Of a DNA stretch of 24,249 bases, positions 18,925 to 24,249 are shown piece after piece. The notes under the pieces are model-generated. The model was not told where the DNA came from. It was given only the letters and a program-made list of their open reading frames with translations, and ran no database searches. This stretch comes from a virus (taxonomy: Duplodnaviria > Caudoviricetes), in IMG/VR virus record IMGVR_UViG_3300037962_000349, positions 1 through 24,249 of that record; one strand, written 5' to 3'. Made by a program: the position numbers and the translations under genes. The stretch's first letter is position 1, and each line of letters begins with the position of its first letter.

Positions 18925-19427
18925 TGGGATTAGTACAAGTAGCAACAAATACAGTAACAAGTGCAGTAGCTAGTGTAACTTTGACAGGCATAGATAGTGA
19001 TGATGTCTATATGGTTGCTATGAGTGGTATGAAACCTGCATCTGATGCTCAATTATATGCAAGGGTAACAACAAGTGGAGTAGCTGATAGTGATAGTGAG
19101 TATGATTATGCAAACAAATATTTAAAAGCAGATACAAGTTTTGGTACTGACAGTTCAACAAATAATAATAGGTGGACACCAACTTCAACAATGGAAAATG
19201 CTTATAATGGTTACAGTATGATTATGTATCTTTATAATTTTAACAATTCTTCTGAATATAGTTTTATGACATCAGAAGAAGCACATATACAGGCTGGAAC
19301 AACAACAGTAAGAGGTTTACAAGGTGGTGGTGTTCATACAGTTGCTGAAGCAAATGATGGTATTAGTTTTCTTATGGGTAGTGGAAATATTGAAGCAGGA
19401 ACATTTACATTGTATAAGGTAGTGTAG
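18924..19427 (+). CDS. Putative receptor-binding domain paralog C1 (167 aa)
   Basis: TAATG overlap. Motifs DVYMV, YDYA, YLYN, DGISF, GTFTLYKV. Confidence 0.7.
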   Translation: MGLVQVATNTVTSAVASVTLTGIDSDDVYMVAMSGMKPASDAQLYARVTTSGVADSDSEYDYANKYLKADTSFGTDSSTNNNRWTPTSTMENAYNGYSMIMYLYNFNNSSEYSFMTSEEAHIQAGTTTVRGLQGGGVHTVAEANDGISFLMGSGNIEAGTFTLYKVV

Positions 19428-19431
19428 AGAT

Positions 19432-20070
19432 ATGAGTTATATACCAAAAGATGCAGTAACACAAGCCTTCAGAAGTAACAAAGGTGTGCTTACACCTAAT
19501 CAAATTATTGAATTAGATAATGAAAATAAATTTACTAAGTATGGACAACTAGAACTTTTGTTGACAAATGAATCTATAAGTAGTGCATCAACAGTGGATT
19601 TTTTAGCACTTGATGATTATGGAAATTTTGATGTTTTTTTTGTAACCTTTAATGACTTAAGTATTGCTAATGATAATAAAAGAATAGGCTTAGAACTTTT
19701 AAAAAATGGTGTTGCAAGTGGTACTGCTTATCATTCAGCAGGTAGAGTATTAACATCTGCTGCTAGTTATACCAATGGAAGTGGCACTTCTCTTCCTGGA
19801 TTAAGGATAACTGACAATATAGGGAGTGCTACAAATGAAAATACAAGTGGATATATATATATTTATAATGCTTTAAATAGTGCAAGGTGTACAACTATTA
19901 CTTATCACGCTACATTTATGACAAATGGTGGTGTGCCTGGTGTCGAATATGGTATTGGTGTTCACCCTACAGCAAGGTTTGATAATGGTTTAAGATTTCA
20001 CCCTGACATAAATGGTAGTTCTACTTTTACAGGTGGTGCTTTTACTTTATATGGAATAAGGAGTTTTTAA
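19432..20070 (+). CDS. Putative receptor-binding domain paralog A2 (212 aa, with ~38-aa N-terminal extension)
   Basis: Motifs LELL, FDVFF, YHSA, YIYN, NGLRF, FTLYGI. Its N-terminal extension resembles that of A1. Confidence 0.7.
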   Translation: MSYIPKDAVTQAFRSNKGVLTPNQIIELDNENKFTKYGQLELLLTNESISSASTVDFLALDDYGNFDVFFVTFNDLSIANDNKRIGLELLKNGVASGTAYHSAGRVLTSAASYTNGSGTSLPGLRITDNIGSATNENTSGYIYIYNALNSARCTTITYHATFMTNGGVPGVEYGIGVHPTARFDNGLRFHPDINGSSTFTGGAFTLYGIRSF

Positions 20071-20594
20071 TGGCTACAAATTTAGAGTTTATTACAAGTT
20101 TTGATATTACTGCTAGTCAAGAAGTTACAGATATAGATAATGTTTTTACAAGTAAATATAATATTTACCAAATTACTTTTGCAGATTTTTCCACAGTTGG
20201 CTCTTCTGATGAAACTATTAGTTTAAGAATAATTGATGATAGTGGAACACTTGATTCAGATAATGTTTATGATTATGCAGTTAATGAGCTAAGGTCTGAT
20301 ACAAGTTATGCTGATAATAAAAATGAAAATTTTGAAAGAATAGATAGGTTGATGAAAATAGATGAAAGTCCTGATGGTATGAGTTGTAATTTATATGTGT
20401 ATAATCCACAAATTAGTAGTGCATTTACATTTTTTACATGGCAAGGTGCAGGTAGATTTTCAGGTCAAAGTAGAGGTTTTAAAGGAATAGCAGCTCATAA
20501 GGTAGCAGAGGCAGTTAGAGGTATAAGAATATTTGGTACTGTTGGTAGTAGACCTTATGACACAGGAAAAATAGCAGTATATGGAGTTACATAA
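20070..20594 (+). CDS. Putative receptor-binding domain paralog B2 (174 aa)
   Basis: AGGAG RBS and TAATG overlap. Motifs YNIYQI, YDYA, YVYNP, RGIRI, AVYGV. Confidence 0.7.
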   Translation: MATNLEFITSFDITASQEVTDIDNVFTSKYNIYQITFADFSTVGSSDETISLRIIDDSGTLDSDNVYDYAVNELRSDTSYADNKNENFERIDRLMKIDESPDGMSCNLYVYNPQISSAFTFFTWQGAGRFSGQSRGFKGIAAHKVAEAVRGIRIFGTVGSRPYDTGKIAVYGVT

Positions 20595-21151
20595 TGTCAA
20601 GTAGTTTAGTTTTATTAGATGAATTTACTATATCTAGTGCATTAGCAAATGTCACTATAGGTGGTGGTAGTAGTGGTAGTAGTGGTTTAAATTATTCTAT
20701 TGATGGTACTTACAATGTTTATAAATTAACAGTAAATAATTTACAAGTTTCAGCAGATGATGTTCCAATAATGAGAGTTACTAAATCAGGCACTGCACAA
20801 AGTGATGCTGCTTATGATTCAGCAGGTACTTATTTAAAATCAGATGCTAGTTTTACTTCTTTTGGTTCACCAGACAATAACAAAATAGATTACATGACAA
20901 CTATTGAAAGTTCTGTAAGTGGTGGTAATGGAAATGGAATTTATTATTTATTTAATTTTCCTAATACAGGAGAGTTTAGTTTTGTAACAATAGAAGAAGC
21001 ACACTATCAACAAAATGATAATGCAGTAAGAGGTATCCAGGCAGGATTTGCACATACTGTTGCAAGTGCAAGTGATGGTGTATTTCTAGCATTAGACGCA
21101 GGAAATAATATGACAGCAGGAACATTTAAACTTTATGGACTCAACAAGTAA
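20594..21151 (+). CDS. Putative receptor-binding domain paralog C2 (185 aa)
   Basis: GGAG RBS and TAATG overlap. Motifs YNVYKL, YDSA, YLFN, DGVFL, GTFKLYGL. Confidence 0.7.
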   Translation: MSSSLVLLDEFTISSALANVTIGGGSSGSSGLNYSIDGTYNVYKLTVNNLQVSADDVPIMRVTKSGTAQSDAAYDSAGTYLKSDASFTSFGSPDNNKIDYMTTIESSVSGGNGNGIYYLFNFPNTGEFSFVTIEEAHYQQNDNAVRGIQAGFAHTVASASDGVFLALDAGNNMTAGTFKLYGLNK

Positions 21152-21177
21152 AATAGTATGGTAACATAGGAGATATT

Positions 21178-21480
21178 ATGGCAACAAAAGAAGAGCTACA
21201 AGCACAAGCAGACGCAGAGATAGAGGCAGCAAAGCCTCTTAATAAATCAGTTAATGGTGTTGTATCAGAATTTTCTGATGCAGAATATGCACAAGCAAAA
21301 ATTGATTTAGGAAATCAAAAATGGAATGACCAAGAGTTTGGTTACATTGCTGCAAGACAAGCTGCTTACGCAAGTATACCTGACCAACTGGACCAACAAT
21401 ATTGGGATTCAGTAAATGGTACAACTACTTGGAAAGATGCTATAGCAAAAGTTAAATCTGATAATCCAAAGCCTGAGTAA
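21178..21480 (+). CDS. Probable tail-fibre assembly chaperone-like protein (100 aa)
   Basis: AGGAG RBS. The C-terminal Y...R..AY.SI.DQLD..Y.D...W...I..VK...PKP motif is, from recollection, typical of small proteins following fibre genes in marine phages. Confidence 0.55.
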   Translation: MATKEELQAQADAEIEAAKPLNKSVNGVVSEFSDAEYAQAKIDLGNQKWNDQEFGYIAARQAAYASIPDQLDQQYWDSVNGTTTWKDAIAKVKSDNPKPE

Positions 21481-21483
21481 ATC

Positions 21484-21494
21484 TATGATATAAT
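21484..21494 (+). promoter_or_regulatory. Extended -10 promoter TATG-A-TATAAT, probably producing a leaderless mRNA
   Basis: Perfect TRTGnTATAAT filling a 20-nt intergenic gap. The next ATG (21501) is 6 nt downstream, with no Shine-Dalgarno sequence. Confidence 0.7.
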
Positions 21495-21500
21495 CCCTTG

Positions 21501-21626
21501 ATGGATTATGTAATCGGATTTATATTAGGATATTTTATTAAAAACTTTTTAACATGGTTAGATAAATTTGCTGTGCCTAATGTTCCAGATGAATACAAAG
21601 AAGATGATTGGGATTGGATAGTATGA
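21501..21626 (+). CDS. Small membrane protein, 41 aa (MDYVIGFILGYFIKNFLTWLDKFAVPNVPDEYKEDDWDWIV); not in the ORF track
   Basis: Translated by hand. Hydrophobic N-terminus and acidic/Trp tail; its TGA overlaps the next ATG (ATGA at 21623-21626). Confidence 0.7.
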   Translation: MDYVIGFILGYFIKNFLTWLDKFAVPNVPDEYKEDDWDWIV

Positions 21627-21808
21627 CAAACGGTAATGGTTATACAAACAAAGAGTTATTAAATATAATTATTGAAACTCAAGAAAAAACTAATGAACGG
21701 ATTGATTTACTACACGAAAAAGTAAATAGTAAAATTTCAAGACAAGAGTTAAGCGGTTGGCTTGTTGCAGGGTCTGCATTGGTGGTGTTGGTCAACGCCC
21801 TAATGTAG
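21623..21808 (+). CDS. Small coiled-coil protein with C-terminal transmembrane helix (61 aa), holin/hemolysin-like architecture
   Basis: Start reassigned from TTG 21608 to ATG 21623 because of the ATGA coupling. C-terminal hydrophobic segment WLVAGSALVVLVNALM. Confidence 0.6.
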   Translation: MTNGNGYTNKELLNIIIETQEKTNERIDLLHEKVNSKISRQELSGWLVAGSALVVLVNALM

Positions 21809-21818
21809 GAGGTAATAT

Positions 21819-23738
21819 GTGTTGCGGTCAAGGCTGTTGCAATGGTGGTTAATAACATGTTTAGTTATGCTGCCAATATCAGCATTAGCTAACGAAGAAG
21901 AACAAGAGAATACTACTACTACTACGATACCAGGAGAAGTAGAAGAAATAGAAACATTTGATGGTCCAGAAGAAACAACTACGACCACAATACCTGAAGA
22001 GACAGAAACTACTACAACTACTACTACAACTATTCCTGAATGGGAACAATCTACAGATATAGAATTGCCTGAAGATGAGTTAGATAGTCAAGGTAATGAA
22101 GTAGAAAATAACATACAGATAGATGACAAGCATAGTAATGGTAACTGGTCTTGTTGTGGTATGACTGACTTTCACATGAACTTACACTACTTTCAACATG
22201 GAAACGATAGTAATGATTACACATTTACATTACCTGAAACTACAACAGTAGATGAAGAAGAACTAGAGATAGATATATACGAAGTAGGTTTTAGGATTGG
22301 TGCATTAAATAATGATGGAACAGTTACATACATACATACTGATGAAACCTCACAAGTAAATGTTCTTGAAGGTCAAGACAATACAGATATACAAAATATG
22401 TTTGAAGATGTTGTTTACAATATTTATGACACTCTTGAAACCTTTATAGAAAGTTTTACAATAACAATAAATGATTGGTCGTTGCTTGATGATATATCAT
22501 TTAAATATATACAGCCAACAACTACTACTACAACTACTACCACATTACCTCCTCCACCAGAGCCTGAGCCTGAAGTTGCACCACCCGAACCTGAAACATT
22601 TGTTGTTGTTCTTGATGATGGTACTGAGGCTGAGTATGAACAGCATGAAATAGATGATGGTACTGTAGAGAGAGATAACGAACGTAAAAAGAATTACGAA
22701 ATATATGGTGTAGAATTAACTGACGAACAAATTGCAAGAGGAGATTTAGAACAATATGATATCGAAATCATTGATGATGAAAATATGGTTGAAGACGGAG
22801 AAGAGCTTTCTGATGATGTTGATATACCTGATGTTAATGAAGATAGATATGAAGATGAACCCGAATATCAAGAAGATGAAAAAGAAGATATTGATGACAA
22901 GGTTCGTGAATTTAATGACACAGTCCTCGAAGTTGAGGAATACTTAGATACTTTTGAAGAAATAGAAATTGTTATAATAGAAAATATTGAAGACATAATT
23001 ATAGAGGATATTATTGATGAGTTACACGAAGAGGATATACGAAGAGATGACAATGAAGAACCTAAAGTTCAACCATTGGAGGATATTACCGAGGAGATTG
23101 AGGAGATATTTGTTGAAGAGGTGGTTGAAGAAGAGGTTGAAGAATTAGAAGAAATCATAGAAATAGAGATAGAAGAAGATTTAACTGATGAAGAAATTGA
23201 AGAAACCATTGAAGTATATGTGCAAAAACTCGACACAGAAGAAGTTGTAGAAGTATTAGAAGAAGTTAATGATATAGGTGTACAAAACCTAGAACAAGCT
23301 ACAGAAGAAGTGCAAGAGATAGTTCAGGCTGTTGTAGAAGAGGCTATAGAAGAGATAGAAGAACTTACAGAAGAACAGGTTGAAGTAGTTGCAGAGGTGC
23401 TACAAGTACAAACAGAAGACGTAGAAATTATTGCAGAAGCTGTAAAAGAAGATGAAGTTGTTGCAGAAGCTGTAGAAGAATATGTAGAAAGAGCTGTACA
23501 AAATGCTGATGTAGAAAACTATACACTTGCTGATGTTGTTACAGAGGTACAATACGAAAACTTTTTAGAAAATCCTATAGAAACATTTGTAGATTTAGAT
23601 TTTGAAGGTATAACAATAGATAATATAGGTGATGACATGACGTCTGACCAGAAAGAAAAAGCACAAGAGGTGGTAGTCCCAGTTATTTTGACTAGAATAG
23701 CTACTATGGCCGCATTTGTGTTTAGGAAAACAATATGA
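21819..23738 (+). CDS. Exported, extremely acidic, Thr-tract-containing protein with probable C-terminal membrane anchor (639 aa)
   Basis: RBS AGGAGGT (21807-13) and GTG start. Sec-like signal peptide MLRSRLLQWWLITCLVMLPISALA|NEE; poly-Thr and Pro linkers; E/D-rich body; hydrophobic end VVVPVILTRIATMAAFVF followed by RK. Confidence 0.75.
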   Translation: MLRSRLLQWWLITCLVMLPISALANEEEQENTTTTTIPGEVEEIETFDGPEETTTTTIPEETETTTTTTTTIPEWEQSTDIELPEDELDSQGNEVENNIQIDDKHSNGNWSCCGMTDFHMNLHYFQHGNDSNDYTFTLPETTTVDEEELEIDIYEVGFRIGALNNDGTVTYIHTDETSQVNVLEGQDNTDIQNMFEDVVYNIYDTLETFIESFTITINDWSLLDDISFKYIQPTTTTTTTTTLPPPPEPEPEVAPPEPETFVVVLDDGTEAEYEQHEIDDGTVERDNERKKNYEIYGVELTDEQIARGDLEQYDIEIIDDENMVEDGEELSDDVDIPDVNEDRYEDEPEYQEDEKEDIDDKVREFNDTVLEVEEYLDTFEEIEIVIIENIEDIIIEDIIDELHEEDIRRDDNEEPKVQPLEDITEEIEEIFVEEVVEEEVEELEEIIEIEIEEDLTDEEIEETIEVYVQKLDTEEVVEVLEEVNDIGVQNLEQATEEVQEIVQAVVEEAIEEIEELTEEQVEVVAEVLQVQTEDVEIIAEAVKEDEVVAEAVEEYVERAVQNADVENYTLADVVTEVQYENFLENPIETFVDLDFEGITIDNIGDDMTSDQKEKAQEVVVPVILTRIATMAAFVFRKTI

Positions 23739-23917
23739 TAAAAAAATTATGGACATGGTTTGTAGAAGCAATTAAAGAAACGTTGAATCTTAGTTGGACT
23801 TTAGTAGGTTTAGTTATTGCTACTCTTACATTGACTGGTTCTGCTCAACAAATAACAGGTTTAGCAACTGTAATTACTTTAGTTGTTTGGTTATTGACAA
23901 TAGGTTTTAGAAAATAA
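23735..23917 (+). CDS. Two-TM small membrane protein (60 aa), possible holin or partner of the 639-aa protein
   Basis: AGGA RBS and ATGA overlap; two hydrophobic segments and a basic C-terminus (FRK). Confidence 0.7.
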   Translation: MIKKLWTWFVEAIKETLNLSWTLVGLVIATLTLTGSAQQITGLATVITLVVWLLTIGFRK

Positions 23918-24066
23918 AAGTTATTACACACTGTGGTCAGTGTAAACAAGCTCTTAAATTCTTTAAGAAATACAAAACTTGTGTTAATCTAGGGTGTACA
24001 CGTTATCAAGTTAAAGTTAGGAGATACAATGCCAATAGGAAAAAAAGGCAAGAAGAAGGCTTATAA
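23914..24066 (+). CDS. Possible small zinc-ribbon protein lacking a canonical start (IKVITHCGQCKQALKFFKKYKTCVNLGCTRYQVKVRRYNANRKKRQEEGL)
   Basis: CxxC and CxxxxC motifs in one open frame. An in-frame TAG lies at 23908-10, and only ATA or ATT are available as starts before the cysteines. Confidence 0.4.
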   Translation: MKVITHCGQCKQALKFFKKYKTCVNLGCTRYQVKVRRYNANRKKRQEEGL

Positions 24067-24085
24067 AGTCAAAAAAAGGAAGTAG
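24029..24085 (+). CDS. Tiny lysine-rich peptide, 18 aa (MPIGKKGKKKAYKVKKRK)
   Basis: AGGAG RBS at 24019-23, 5 nt before the ATG; stop lies 5 nt before the next ATG. Confidence 0.55.
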   Translation: MPIGKKGKKKAYKVKKRK

Positions 24086-24090
24086 TTCTT

Positions 24091-24249
24091 ATGGCACATG
24101 AAGCACGTAAGAAATCACTTCTTAAAAAACATAATTTAAAAGGGGTTAATAAACCTAAAAGAACACCTGGACACAAGACTAAATCACATATGGTTCTTGC
24201 ACAAGAAGGCCATAAGTTAAAGTTAATAAGGTTTGGTCAACAAGGTGTT
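24091..24249 (+). CDS. Basic hypothetical phage protein, 3'-truncated (MAHEARKKSLL...KPKRTPGHKTKSHMVLAQEGHKLKLIRFGQQGV)
   Basis: AAGGAAG upstream and open to the window end. The KPKRTP.H.TKSH...IRFGQQG motif is, from recollection, common in aquatic phages. Confidence 0.65.
   Translation, partial: MAHEARKKSLLKKHNLKGVNKPKRTPGHKTKSHMVLAQEGHKLKLIRFGQQGV

Noticed and set aside
17786-21151. Diversity-generating retroelement or invertase shufflon acting on the tip paralogs
   Set aside because: No reverse transcriptase or recombinase in the window, no near-identical TR/VR pair differing at adenines, no inverted cassettes or crossover repeats seen. The paralogs are diverged at the protein level and all intact on one strand.
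21911-22570. ACT/ACA trinucleotide runs as a CRISPR array or DNA-level repeat
   Set aside because: They encode poly-Thr with mixed synonymous codons and have no repeat-spacer structure.
435-23053. Minus-strand and nested short ORFs in the supplied track (e.g. 12756-13178, 6582-6920, 11449-11688, 2555-2743, 22756-22947)
   Set aside because: They are shadows of long + strand genes or of the structured leader, with atypical composition and no supporting signals noticed.
1-24249. Alternative genetic code or intron/intein interruptions
   Set aside because: Genes tile the window densely under the standard code, with TAA, TAG and TGA all used as stops. No homing endonuclease or intein motifs were noticed.

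Overview
An AT-rich, single-strand-coding (+) morphogenesis region of a tailed phage with podovirus-like architecture. No tape measure, tail tube or sheath gene is recognisable. Gene order: C-terminus of a probable portal, then a translationally coupled ~10.5 kb block of probable internal virion/ejection proteins (including a 1916-aa giant), a ~190-nt highly structured non-coding leader, scaffold, major capsid protein, a hairpin terminator, small virion proteins, head-tail adaptor, nozzle, and a short fibre stem plus adaptor. Six paralogous ~170-aa beta-domain genes follow, then a fibre chaperone-like gene, a separately promoted module of membrane proteins (including a very acidic 639-aa exported protein), and small basic ORFs. 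Main observations: (1) the six paralogs form two duplicated A-B-C triplets, suggesting two heterotrimeric receptor-binding tips, each attached through a single subunit; (2) the non-coding RNA before the scaffold gene has five helices, a putative H-type pseudoknot, complementary loops and a possible anti-RBS pairing; (3) GATC appears to be systematically avoided; (4) extended -10 promoters, a leaderless gene and Thr-tract surface proteins point to a low-GC actinobacterial host (inference). Product calls come from motif recognition and synteny only; no database searches were run.
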